DNA from: Callorhinchus milii | Taxonomy: Eukaryota | Assembly (NCBI RefSeq): GCF_018977255.1 | Contig: NW_024705402.1 | Span: 1 to 47,926, forward strand | Direction: 5' to 3' | Length of the DNA: 47,926 bases | In this document: one piece after another, positions 1 to 11,725 of the stretch | Layout of the letters: each line of letters opens with the position of its first letter | Position numbering within the stretch: the first letter of the stretch is position 1 | Notes under the pieces: generated by a model | Told to the model about the DNA's origin: nothing | The model's input: the letters and a program-made list of their open reading frames with translations, nothing else | The model's database searches: none | Translations under genes and position numbers: made by a program

Positions 1-142
1 CTGGGAAGACAGAAGTAGTGGGGTCCTGGCTATATCCTATGGCGATTATATTTACTTGCTTAACAGCACTTATCCCAAAAATATATCGCCTGAATGGGAG
101 AACTTTGTCTCTGTGTGTGTGATATATGCATGCTGCCTTGCT

Positions 143-212
143 GGGGAGTGGTAGTATAGGGGTTAGGTGCACTGTGCTACCAACACAGTGAGCTGAGTTT
201 GATCCCGGACGG
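143..212 (+). mobile_element. degenerate tRNA-like (SINE head) fragment
   Basis: A-box-like TAGTATAGGGGTTAG, CTGTG/CACAG anticodon-arm-like stem, B-box-like GAGTTTGATCC. Confidence 0.35.
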
Positions 213-243
213 ATAATATTAAACTAAACTATTGAACTAAACT

Positions 244-797
244 ATTTTAAATACACCAGGCAATGCACATTGAGCTATATAGCTCCGCTTTCAGAAACGC
301 ATCTCCGATTAGTACGGTTTGGCTACGTACGGTGCGAAAGAAGTTCAACTCACATACCTACAAATGATAGCTCAGCGAAGTGGCTTATCATGTGGACATT
401 TTAGCAGCCAAATACTCTAAACGCGTTTTTCTTAATGTGGAGGGAAAACCCGGGGAGCCCATGCACACTGCAAATATACAGCAGGCGTCAGGGCCGGGAT
501 CGAACCAACGACCTCCTGTAGACCAGGCGAGGTAGTTGACATCTCCTAGCCACCGTGATGATGAAAGAGAAAGACACGCAAACTCCAAATATACAGCAGC
601 AGGCGTCAGGGCCGGGATCGAACCAACGACCTCCTGTACACCAGGCGAGGTAGTTGACATCTCCTGGCCACCGTGATGATGATGAAGAGAGAGACACGCA
701 AACTCCAAATATACAGCAGCAGGCGTCAGGGCCGGGATCGAACCAACGACCTCCTGTAGACCAGGCGAGGTAGTTACATCTCCTAGCCACCCTGGCG
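244..797 (-). mobile_element. tRNA-derived V-domain SINE with triplicated head
   Basis: Reverse complement matches the copies at 1223, 17461 and 25330. A box TGGCTAGGAGATG. B boxes GGTTCGATCC at 497-506, 615-624 and 735-744. Partial V-domain CCGGGTTTTCCCTCCACATT. Tail at 244-300 is separated by an L2-tail insertion. Confidence 0.85.
301..361 (+). mobile_element. L2/CR1-type LINE extreme 3' end nested in the SINE
   Basis: GGCTACGTACGGTGCGAAAGAAGTTCAAC...CATAC matches the terminus of the LINE fragment at 19383-19595. Confidence 0.7.
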
Positions 798-810
798 CTC
801 CAGAACCGCT

Positions 811-905
811 CCCAGGGTCCGCCTCCAAATTGACTTTAAATGAGTACCTGGCGCACTGTGTAAACATTACCACTGGCGTGGTGCTGACAACACCACCCCC
901 CTCAT
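811..905 (+). mobile_element. possible Nin/Deu-domain SINE fragment
   Basis: AAATGAGTACCTGG and GGCGTGGTGCTGACAACACCACCCCC resemble, from memory, the Nin/Deu SINE core. Unverified. Confidence 0.35.
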
Positions 906-1222
906 GTACTTCATGTGAGTTCCAGGGTATACGGGGTCTCTTTATCCCGTCTGTCTGCCTGCCACGTGTGACGAATGTGCGAAGGCGACAGACGACTGTT
1001 ACAGCCGTCTGTCTACATCCCGATTCCTCATCATCAGCCACGCCCAGCCGCCCACCTCTCATCCGTTAAACCGGGGAACCACATTTCACGGGCACCCAGA
1101 TACTGTAAAACACTCCAGCCCTGCGCTATTTTGAATTGAGAAAAAAAGGAACCCACTTGGAACAATTTAATTGTAAGAACAGGACGTCCTATGTGTTTCT
1201 TTTTTTTTGCGTGTCATAACAA

Positions 1223-1544
1223 GGGCGCCACGGTGGCTAGGAGATGTTAACTACCTCGCCTGGTATGCAGATGTCGCGGGTTCGATCCTGACAACTGACG
1301 CCTGCTGTATATTTGAAGTTTACGTATCCCTCTCTCTCTCTCTCCCCCGTGGTCGCGTGGATTTTTCTCCGGGTCCTCCAGTTTTCCCTCCACATTTAGA
1401 ATCAACATCACGACGCGTTTAGAGTATTCGGCTATCGCTATAAATCTCCACGTGATGAGTCGCTTCGTTGAGTTTCATTTGTGGCCCGGTCGCTTCTGAA
1501 AAGAGGTCTACATAGCTCAGTGGGCCTTACCTGGTAAAAAAATA
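1223..1544 (+). mobile_element. V-SINE, full length
   Basis: A box, B box GGTTCGATCC, V-domain-like GTGGATTTTTCTCCGGGTCCTCCAGTTTTCCCTCCACATT, tail GCTTCTGAAAAGAG...CATAGCTCAGTGGGCCTTACCTGGTAAAA. Confidence 0.88.
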
Positions 1545-1893
1545 TTTATATATATACACTGTGTAGGTTTCTACAGCTGCGCTTATCTGTTTTAGGGTTG
1601 TTACCCGCGTTGTCCTGCATGATGTCCGACGTTTTGATCCACATGCTGGAGCTTCTCCAGTTTGGAGGCACCGAACAACACGTGGTGCGACACGAAGACA
1701 TACATACGAGAGCTAAGATGTATTCAAGCTGTGCTTGTAGAGGGGGTGTATCGAGTTGGAATAAACAGACACTCGCTAAAACAACATTACCCCCCCCCCC
1801 AAGTCTCAACAGTTGCAATGCTTTTTTTTTGCGTCGCGAATCTTGTGCCAGTTTTCTAGATACTCATAGGGTCACCAAATGACATGAAGCACG

Positions 1894-1964
1894 TACGTTG
1901 GACTTCTTTCGCACCGTACGTAGCCGACCTGCTAATCGCAGATGCGGGAGGAAGGACAACAAAC
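1894..1964 (-). mobile_element. L2/CR1-type LINE 3' end fragment
   Basis: GTTGGACTTCTTTCGCACCGTACGTAGCC...GAAGGACAACAAAC matches 19390-19456. Confidence 0.7.
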
Positions 1965-3317
1965 TTGACACCTTGAGCTGAGTTTGGTTCCCAACCATGG
2001 AAAACATCACTGGCGCAGTAAATCCGAACTGGTCCCTGGCCGACCGCCCCTTCACCAATCCACGGAGCCCAGCGTGGGCCACTGATGGACACTCAATTAA
2101 GCAACCCCCCATTGCATTGAACACAGGGGCTGAAAGTGAATCGTGAATTCACCATGATGGTAATACTGTGCGATGAGCGCGTGTGCCGGCACTCACGCGC
2201 CCATGGCGACACTCCCAAGGCAAGGTTGCTGGTGGATCGCGCACAGATGCGAGCGCTTCCCAGGCCCGCTGGGCCGCGAGCGAGGTGGCCAGTGTGTGGC
2301 AGTACAGCAAGTGGGTCGCGATCCCATCTGTGCGGACTTCAGTAGCTATCTATCCCCCCCCCCCATTGTGTGTTCGTGGGGGGAGGGGTTATATTCGGGT
2401 GTGCTCAGTTTTTTTCCTATACCGCAACGTCAAAAAAAACGAAACTTCGAAAAGGAATGCGCCAAAGACATCTCCGATGCAGCACTCCACTGGACGGCAG
2501 TCCTGTGTGTTTGCTTGGGCACGCTTACCCAGCAAAGCCTCACTGAGTCTCAAAGACTCCGTTTCAGGAGGGTCCGTCCTGCCAAGTGCTCACAGTAGGA
2601 GAAGATGTGCCTGTATGTGTGTCGTGCGTGCACGTTGGTTGAGCTTCTTTCGCACTGCGAAATTTAATAATTTGCAGGGATTTCTTTTCAGCATTGGGAT
2701 GTTTTGACATATACCAGTTGCAATGTACGTTTTCTTTGCGCGATTGGAGAAAGCTGAAGAACTCGGAGGAAACCCATGCAGAACAGGGGGGGGGGGGCAC
2801 ATGCAGACTCCTCACAGAAAGTAGCCCGAGTCGGGAATCCAACCACGGGCCTTCTTGTTGTGAGGCACGAGTGTTATCGCTGCACCGCCCTGCCGTCTTG
2901 AGACTCACCCAGCAAGGCTTGCCTGGATGGATGGATGAGGTCAATTACGTACTACCTGCTTGCCCGCTTCATCGATGCATAATGAGAGGGACGTTAGGGC
3001 AGCTGCGGGCATCGAGGGTTACGGTGGTGGAGCACGTGGCAGTGCTCGTGTTCGCTCAGTCAGTTACATTTGCTCACTCCATGATGATGGTACCCTAAGA
3101 AAAGCCTTGTGACAATGCAGTTCTGATGGATTTTTTTGGGAAAATGCACAACGGCTGTGTGCTTTTTTGCGTACGCGATTTTTGCGCGTCGTTTGAAACT
3201 CACGCTATTCTCCTATGTCTATAGCGCCAAACCAATCGTGGAAATTCCATTGACCTTGGTAAATAACTCTTTTTTTTATAAATCATTATTGTTATTATTA
3301 AATGCATTCCTATGGTA

Positions 3318-3468
3318 GAGGAAAGTATAGCCATGAGACAGCCACTGTTGACTTGTCACAAAGTGGTGCTTATTTTACCTTCCCCTAGATGAGTCCATGA
3401 CTCAGACATGAACTCACAACCTTCAAGCCAGTGAGCTGTGCAACTTTAAAACACAACGCCACCCGGCA
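3318..3468 (-). mobile_element. degenerate tRNA-derived SINE fragment
   Basis: On the minus strand, TGGCGTTGTG (A-box-like), GAGTTCATGTC (B-box-like), then GGTAAAATAAGCACC. Confidence 0.3.
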
Positions 3469-4108
3469 CAAATGATAAATCAATCATAATGTAAACATTA
3501 AAACATACGTCCCTTACTCGAGCGGATGAAGCGTGACCGTGTAACTATGAACAGTTAAATAAATGAGCTCACTGTTACATCTATATGTGATATATATTGT
3601 GTGCACAAATCCAATAAATAAACGAAACTGATTCGCAAAGTGACCTTTACCTGCGGCCAGGGTGTTTGTATTCGCTTTTGCTTGGTCAGACTTTGCAAAC
3701 GGGATCTAGCCACCCATATTGCAAAACAATTGCGTGTGCTCGTGTTCATACTATTTGAAGAAGAAGGAGATATTATTTGTAATAAGGCACAACATGCGTA
3801 CGTGTGTAGAATTGTATGCGCTATATAAACGGCCAGTCGACGACCGGGTTAAGCATTTTCTGTTCAAACAAGAGCCATCTATTAAAAAAAAATTGAAAGG
3901 ACAAAGAATAATGCATAGGTATGTCTTTCCAAAAGGCTTATCCTACTCACGAACAGGATAGAGAACCTACACACGCCCATTATATTTTGCTGAACTAATG
4001 CATTTATGTAATGGGTTAGAAAGATTGTACTTTATACACGCAACGCATGCCGGATTCCATCCAGTCACGGACAGTTATGAATTTGATACCGCTGCCTTAA
4101 ACAAAAGT

Positions 4109-6822
4109 GCAAACTTAAACCATCACACAAACTCAAACCAACACGCAAACTTAAACCATCACGCAAACTAAAAACATCATGCAAATTTAAACCATCACGC
4201 AAACTTAAACCATCACACAAACGTAAACCATCAGCAAACTTAAACCATCACGCAAACTTAAACCAACACACAAACTTAAACCATTACACAAACTTAAACC
4301 ATCACACAAACTTAACCATCACGCAAACTTAAACATACATAAACTTAAACCATCAGCAACTTAAACCATCACACAAACTCAAACCATCACGCAAACTTAA
4401 ACCACATGCAAATCAAACCATCACCAAACTTAAACCATCACACAAACTTAAACCATCACACAAACTTAAACCATCACACAAACTTAAACCATCACACAAA
4501 CTTAAACCATCACACAAACTTAAACCATCACACAAACTCAAACCATCACACAAACTTAAACCATCACACAAACTTAAACCATCACACAAACTTAAACCAT
4601 CACACAAACTTAAACCATCACGCAACTTAAACCATCACACAAACTTAAACCATCACACAAACTTAAACCATCACGCAAACTTAAACCATCACGCAAACTT
4701 AAACCATCACACAAACTTAAACCATCACACAAACTTAAACCATCACACAAACTTAAACCATCACACAAACTGAAACCATCACACAAACTTAAACCATCAC
4801 ACAAACTTAAACCATCACACAAACTTAAACCATCACACAAACTTAAACCATCACACAAACTCAAACCATCACACAAACTTAAACCATCACACAAACTTAA
4901 CACATCACACAAACTTAAACCATCACACAAACTTAAACCATCACACAAACTTAAACCATCACACAAACTTAAACCATCACACAAATTAACCATACACAAA
5001 CTCAAACCATCACACAAACTTAAACCATCACACAAACTAAAAACCATCACGCAATTAAACCATCACACAAACTTAAACCATCACGCAAACTTAAACCATC
5101 ACACAAACTTAAACCATCACACAACTAAACCATCACACAAACTTAAACCATCACACAAACTTAAACCATCACACAAACTTAACCATCACACAAACTCAAA
5201 ACATCACACAACTTAAACCATCACACAAACTTAAACCATCACACAAACTTAAACCATCACACAAACTTAAACCATCACACAAACTTAAACCATCACACAA
5301 ACTTAAACCATCACACAAACTTAAACCATCACACAAACTCAAACCATCACACAAACTTAAACCATCACACAAACTTAAACCATCACACAAACTTAAACCA
5401 TCACACAAACTTAAACCATCACACAAACTTAAACCATCACACAAACTTAAACCATCACACAAACTTAAACCATCACGCAAACTTAAACCATCATGCAAAC
5501 TTAACCATCACACAAACTCAAACCATCACACAAACTTAAACCATCACACAAACTTAAACCATCACACAAACTTAAACCATCACACAAACTCAAACCATCA
5601 CACAAACTTAAACCATCACACAAACTTAAACCATCACACAAACTTAAACCATCACACAAACTTAAACCATCACACAAACTTAAACCATCACACAAACTTA
5701 AACCATCACACAAACTTAAACCATCACACACTAAACCATCACACAAACTTAAACCATCACACAAACTTAACCATCACACAAACTTAAACCATCACACAAA
5801 CTTAAACCATCACACAAACTTAAACCATCACACAAACTCAAACCATCACACAAACTTAAACCATCACACAAACTTAAACCATCACACAAACTTAAACCAT
5901 CACACAAACTCAAACCATCACACACAACTTAAACCATCACACAAACTTAAACCATCACACAACTCAAACCATACACAAACTTAAACCATCACACAAACTT
6001 AAACATCACACAAACTTAAACCATCACACAAACTTAAATCATCACACAAACTCAAACCATCACACAACTTAAACCATCACACAAACTTAAACCATCACAC
6101 AAACTTAAACCATCACACAAACTCAAACCATCACACAAACTTAAACCATCAACAAACTTAAACCAACACACAAACTCAAACCATCACACAAACTCAAACC
6201 ATCACACAAACTTAATAAACCATCACACAAACTTAAACCATCACACAAACTTAAACCATCACACAAACTTAAACCATCACACAAACTTAAACCATCACAC
6301 AAACTTAAAACCATCACGCAAACTTAAACCATCACGCAAACTTAAAACCGACACAAAACTTAAACCATCACACAAACTTAAACCATCACGCAAAACTTAA
6401 ACCATCACGCAAACTTAAACCATCACGCAAACTTAAACCATCACGCAAACTTAAACCATCACGCAAACTTAAACCATCACACAAACTTAAACCATCACGC
6501 AAACTTAAACCATCACGCAAACTTAAACCATCACGCAAACTTGAACCATCACGCAAACTTAAACCATCACGCAAACTTAAACCATCACGCAAACTTAAAC
6601 CATTACACAAACTTAAACCATCACGCAAACTTAAACCATCACGCAAACTTAAACCATCATGCAAACTCAAACCATCACACAAACTTAAACCATCATGCAA
6701 ACTCAAACCATCACACAAACTTAAACCATCACACAAACTTAAACCATCATGCAAACTTAAACCATTACGCAAACTTAAACCATCACGCAAACTTAAACCA
6801 ACACACAAACCCAAACCATCAC
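4109..6822 (+). repeat. 18-bp satellite, consensus AAACTTAAACCATCAC(A/G)C, ~150 copies
   Basis: Directly visible ~2.7 kb tandem array. Confidence 0.98.
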
Positions 6823-6937
6823 TCAACCTCTGGTCATTCTCCCAGCGGCGCTTGGCTAACCGTCGAACAGGTGACTGCATCAACCGCTTTCAGATGCGCT
6901 TCTGTGGCCGTCTTAAATGCTCTTCCTCCCGATATTA
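6813..6937 (+). mobile_element. L2-type LINE ORF2 C-terminal remnant
   Basis: With a frameshift it reads KPSLNLWSFSQRRLA...AFRCASVAVLNALPPDI, like the L2 motif 'PSRxLRS...AF...WNxLP'. It is an inverted homologue of 7130-7251. Confidence 0.7.
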
Positions 6938-6940
6938 TAT

Positions 6941-7012
6941 CTCTACTGGACGTCTGTTAAAAAGAGCTTCATGGGTCATCAGATTTCTACAGTATAAATT
7001 CTGATTCTGATT
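6941..7012 (+). mobile_element. retroposon 3' tail with (ATTCTG)n end (tail family B)
   Basis: CTGGACGTCTGTTAAAAAGAGCTTCAT...ATTCTGATTCTGATT. Homologous copies at 11726, 14321, 19851 and 20511. Confidence 0.7.
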
Positions 7013-7015
7013 AGG

Positions 7016-7251
7016 AAGCCAACCATGCTCATCGGAGGTGTAGGGAAGGACAAGAAACGAAACACAAAAAGCAGTTCTAAAAAAGTGGTTTTCAAGCTAG
7101 ATTTAAAAGTGCGTAGCTCCAGTGGCTAAATAATATTGGAAGGAAGAGCGTTCCAGACGGCCTCAACAGAAGCGCATGTGAAAGCGCGCAGCATGTGACC
7201 GTCTTTGTTCGATGGCCAGCCAGAAGTCGCCACGGCTGTTGCAAGAATGAC
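7016..7251 (-). mobile_element. L2-type LINE 3' fragment
   Basis: Clear homology to 19410-19595. The minus strand encodes AVWNALPS-like and LRTFKSSLKTTF-like motifs. Confidence 0.8.
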
Positions 7252-8783
7252 GCGTGAAGGTAACCGGAGTTCGTGTGAAGGTAACCAGAGTTCGTGTGAT
7301 GGTAACCAGAGTTCGTGTGATGGTAACCAGAGTTCGTGTGAAGGTAACTAGAGTTCGTGTAAGGTAACCAGAGTTCGTGTGAGGTAACCAGAGTTCGTGT
7401 GAAGGTAACCAGAGTTCGTGTAGGTAACCAGAGTTTGTGATGGTAACCAGAGTTCGCGTGATGGTAACCAGAGTTCGTGTGAAGGTAACTAGAGTTCGTG
7501 TGATGGTAACCAGAGTTCGTGTGAAGGTAACCAGAGTTCGTGTAAGGTAACCAGAGTTCGTGTGATGGTAACCAGAGTTCGCGTGATGGTAACCAGAGTT
7601 CGTGTGATGGTAACCAGAGTTCGTGTGATGGTAACCAGAGTTCGTGTGAAGGTAACCAGAGTTCGTGTAAAGGTAACCAGAGTTCGTGTGATGGTAACCG
7701 GAGTTCGTGTGAAGGTAACCAGAAGTTCGTGTGAAGGTAACCAGAGTTCGTGTGAAGGTAACCAGATTTCGTGTGAAGGTAACTGGAGTTCGTGTGATGG
7801 TAACCAGAGTTCGCGTGATGGTAACCAGAGTTCGTGTGATGGTAACAGGAGTTCGTGTGAAGGTAACCGGAGGTCGTGTGAAGGTAACCAGAGTTCGTGT
7901 GAAGGTAACCAGAGTTCGTGTGAAGGTAACCAGAGTTCGTGTGAAGGTAACCAGCGCGTGAGGTAACCAGAGTTCGTGTGATGGTAACCAGAGTTCGCGT
8001 GATGGTAACCAGAGTTCGTGTGATGGTAACCAGAGTTCGTGTCAGTTCGTGTGATGGTAACCAGAGTTCGTGTGATGGTAACCGGAGTTCGTGTGAAGGT
8101 AACCAGAGTTCGTGTGATGGTAACCAGAGTTCGTGTGAAGGTAACCAGAGTTCGTGTGAAGGTAACCAGAGTTTGTGTGATGGTAACCAGCATTCGTGTG
8201 AAGGTAACCAGAGTTCGTGTGATGGTAACCAGAGTTCGTGTGATGGTAACCAGAGTTCGTGTGATGGTAACCAGAGTTCGTGTGAAGGTAACCGGAGTTT
8301 GTGTGATGGTAACCAGAGTTCGTGTGATGTAAACTGGAGTTCGTGTGATGGTAACCAGAGTTCGTGTGAAGGTAACCGGAGTTCGTGTGATGGTAACCAG
8401 AGTTCGTGTGAAGGTAACCAGAGTTCGTGTGAAGGTAACCGGAGTTCGTGTGATGGTAACCGGAGTTCGTGTGATGGTAACCAGAGTTCGTGTGATGGTA
8501 ACCGGAGTTCGCGTGATGGTAACCAGAGTTCGTGTGATGGTAACCGGAGTTCGTGTGATGGTAACCAGAGTTCGTGTGAAGGTAACCGGAGTTCGTGTGA
8601 TGGTAACCAGAGTTCGTGTGAAGGTAACCAGAGTTCGTGTGAAGGTAACCGGAGTTCGTGTGATGGTAACCAGAGTTCGCGTGATGGTAACCAGAGTTCG
8701 TGTGAAGGTAACCGGAGTTCGCGTGATGGTAACCAGAGTTCGTGTGATGGTAACCAGAGCTCGCGTGATGGTAACCGGAGTTC
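7251..8783 (+). repeat. 21-bp satellite, consensus GGTAACCAGAGTTCGTGTGA(A/T), ~73 copies
   Basis: Directly visible ~1.5 kb tandem array. Confidence 0.98.
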
Positions 8784-9339
8784 AAGTTGCGAGTGACAGC
8801 AGTGGCGGTGGTTGTGTTTCCCTGTAAATGGCAATGCGCGCGCTTCCGTGCACACTGCGCAGTGCAGGTCCTGGTAGCTGCTGCTGCTGCGCATGCATTC
8901 TTGGCTTCGCCTTGAGGCGCCGTGACGGTATTGGCAGAGGGCGGTAGCGGTGTTGTTTTTGCGCGCGTGTTTTTAATTACAATAAAAAGGATGGGGTGGG
9001 GGGAAAGGCACATTTGGTTTTTTTTGTTTATAAGTGCAGAATCAAGCTTGACTGCCTCGCTGATTTTGTTTTATGTTAACCAAATGCTTTCAGTTGCGGC
9101 CAGTCATCGAGCCGAAACGCTCTTCTGAATGACAAGGCAATGACGTTTCAATGAGCATTTACAACTTTTGAAGAAGAACAAAAGCGATATTAAACAAACA
9201 AGCACGTACACGGTTTTGTTTCACAACTATTAAACATTTTACAGCTTGGACATTGCTGGCACTGACTGCGCAGTGCGTGGCTTGGAGTATGAGGACGTCA
9301 CTGTGCACGCACAGCGTTAACAATACCCCTCCCGACTGC

Positions 9340-9562
9340 TAACTACCCACTCACATACCTGCCTATTTACCTAACCACCTATCCACCCACTCATCTATTT
9401 ACCTACTTACTAGCATACCCACCAATCCACCCACACACCTATCTAACCACCTATCAACCCACTCAGCTGTTTACCTGCTTACTAGACTACCCATCTATCC
9501 AACCACTTACCGTCTACCCACCAATCCACCCACTCACCCATTAACCACCTATCCACCCACTC
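9340..9562. repeat. degenerate (CCAC/CTAC/CCAT)n low-complexity tract
   Basis: 4-nt periodic C/A-rich tract. Confidence 0.8.
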
Positions 9563-10274
9563 GTCCTCTCTATTTGCGCGCTGTGAAGATGGGCAATTAT
9601 ACATTTTTTATTCCAAGGTCACAGTGTGAGTGTGATTGATACATCCGTTCATTTTGTTCTGTTATTCAAGGTTGTGCACCACTGACCAATGCAACAGCAG
9701 CATCACCACCATGTAGTTTGACTCAGAGAGTGATTTGCTAAGAGTCCTACCGGCGCTACCGGCGCTACCTCCCTACCCACGACCTACCTTGTTTACGAGC
9801 ATCTTGGACAAAAACGTGAAGTTTCCTTCGCCTTTCTACCTGTCAGTTAAAACGTGCACTCGAGGGAGGGTCGGTGGGGGATTCCTCCTGCCCTGAAGTT
9901 AAATGGATACGAGGACGCGGGTCAAGAGCGGGTGCCTTTGTGTCGACCCCCACCGCTCGAACGAGTGGCATTCAGGCCCTCAGGTGACCCGTCTGCATCT
10001 CTCAATCACTTTCCATCTCGTGCGAGAGGCGCGCGCTCTGCGGCCCACAGTGTTATTGTTGTAACAGCGGCTTTTGAAGATGGAGTTGCATTCGTTTTTT
10101 ATATATAATGGGATTTATTTTTATTTTGGGGGGGGGTGGGGGGACTGAGACTTGAGTTGAGATTTTAATCAGACCTGTCACTCTATTGTTATTGGTCACG
10201 CGGCGCGTCCGGGACAAGGTAACGTTTTATATATCAAGTGAGCTACTTCAATCCGGATGGGCTGCATTAGAAGA

Positions 10275-10513
10275 CATGGGTTACCACTTCTGAGATGCGA
10301 AACAAACCGGGACATATAATGAGAAGAATAACAATATCCCACCGTGCCCAGGAGAGGGGAAGGAGTAAATAGAAACACCTCGTCTCGATTGCTACCACCC
10401 AACCGACGGTAACTGGGACTTTCAATGTCCGGGAAACTCGCAGATTTCCCCGGACGGCAGATGCCTCAACAGGAGGATGATCCGGGGAAAACCAGGACAG
10501 GTGGCAACCCGTG
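10275..10513. mobile_element. hAT-like (Blackjack-type) MITE remnant
   Basis: Terminal inverted repeats (TIRs) CATGGGTTACCAC and GTGGCAACCCGTG (11/13 match). TAGAAG occurs on both flanks as a degenerate TSD. Internal CCGGGACA/TGTCCGGG motifs. Confidence 0.6.
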
Positions 10514-11069
10514 TAGAAGCTGGATATAAGCACAGCCCTTTGGAGCGGGGTCAGCTGTGTTTATATCCAAAGTTGTGTGATTATACCATGCGTAGCCCTT
10601 TGCCCGCACCCCCAGCAGTGCAATGCAAGCACTCCGTTGCTTGTATCACAACTGATTTCAACACAAGCCAAAAAACACCGTGGACCGGTTTCCACATTCA
10701 GGTGTCTCATCAGCAGAGCCAGGCTCCCTTGGTGTGTTTGTGTTCATCAGCGTGTCTCTTCTCCTCCGAGGTCTCCACTCTGCCTCTTCTTCCAGCCCCT
10801 GTCTCGCTTCCGCTGGGCACGTGGCCCCGAGTTTAAACTGGCGCCCGGTTTTGTTTTGTTTGTTTGGTACGCAAAGTGTTTCCGGCCGCGAAGGCAACAA
10901 CAACAACAACGGAGACGACGGGGACGACAATACAAAGCAGTGGCACCCCCCGCCACTCAACCACGGCCGAGTTAAACGTCCCTGCGTGCGTGCTCTTTAG
11001 TACCGAGTGCCAAAAAAACGAGAAGGGAGAAGCACGCGGAAATTCATACCAACAACACCAACATCGTAA

Positions 11070-11354
11070 CACAAAAACCTCATCAAATTCACCGTGAACA
11101 CTGTGTGTGGCCTTAAATACAACGTATATAGTTAGGCGACGTTTCGGGCAATGATCCTTCTGAATAGCACACAGCGAGGCCAGAGACGCGGAGTGACCTC
11201 TCGATGCTCTGTGAAGAAGGACCATTGCCTGAAAGTCGCCTATTAACTGCTTGCATGTCTTTTTGGGGTCGCGGTCATATTGACGAATGTTTTGAGTTTC
11301 GTTTTTTTGTTCTTTGTGTTGTGCACCACTGCCGACGCAGCATCAGCGTCACCA
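11070..11354. mobile_element. palindromic Penelope-like terminal-repeat remnant (family P2)
   Basis: Inverted repeat 11133-11160/11216-11242 with TGAAGA...GAAA(C)GTC motif. Tail GTGCACCACTG...CAGC is shared with 13211 and 9674. Confidence 0.55.
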
Positions 11355-11725
11355 GATAACTCTGGCAGATTCGTCAAAAAGATTATGTGTGTGTAAATAT
11401 GTGCAGGGTGTGTGTGAAGGTGTCATCCATTATTAAAAGGATGACAATTAAGCAACCAGTTCGGGCTGCGTATTAATTGTGGGCCGTACTCTCAAGATTA
11501 AAAGACGCCCCGGGGCGAGTTAGAGGCACCCACACCGCGTGCCCACTGCCAATTAAGTAATATTCATCTGGGTCACACACCAACACAACTATCGGATTAT
11601 AAGACGCAGCCCCCCCACCCCACCAACTTTTGCTTGAGATTCTCTCGAATCTCGCTGCAAGGCGCATCGTCAACGCCACGGCAGGCACGCAGGGCAGTGC
11701 TTGGCAACTGGTGTGCTGCGGATAC

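Noticed and set aside
388..1062. 224-aa ORF with an internal repeat
   Set aside because: It reads through the triplicated SINE head.
1223..1300. Functional tRNA gene
   Set aside because: A and B boxes are present, but there is no proper cloverleaf and the sequence continues into the SINE body.
1590..2130. Possible coding exons in unique-looking sequence
   Set aside because: No recognisable protein similarity in any frame and no convincing acceptor/donor pair. Not excluded without RNA-seq.
4406..6960. CDGLSL and NHHTNL repeat ORFs
   Set aside because: Translations of the 18-bp satellite.
7251..8783. CRISPR-like array
   Set aside because: Units are directly adjacent with no unique spacers, there are no cas genes, and the context is eukaryotic.
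7092..9013. Long ORFs (600, 323 and 272 aa) with PSHELWL/GYHHTNS/SSCDGNQ repeats
   Set aside because: They are by-products of a 21-bp satellite that is open in several frames on both strands, with frame-breaking indels.
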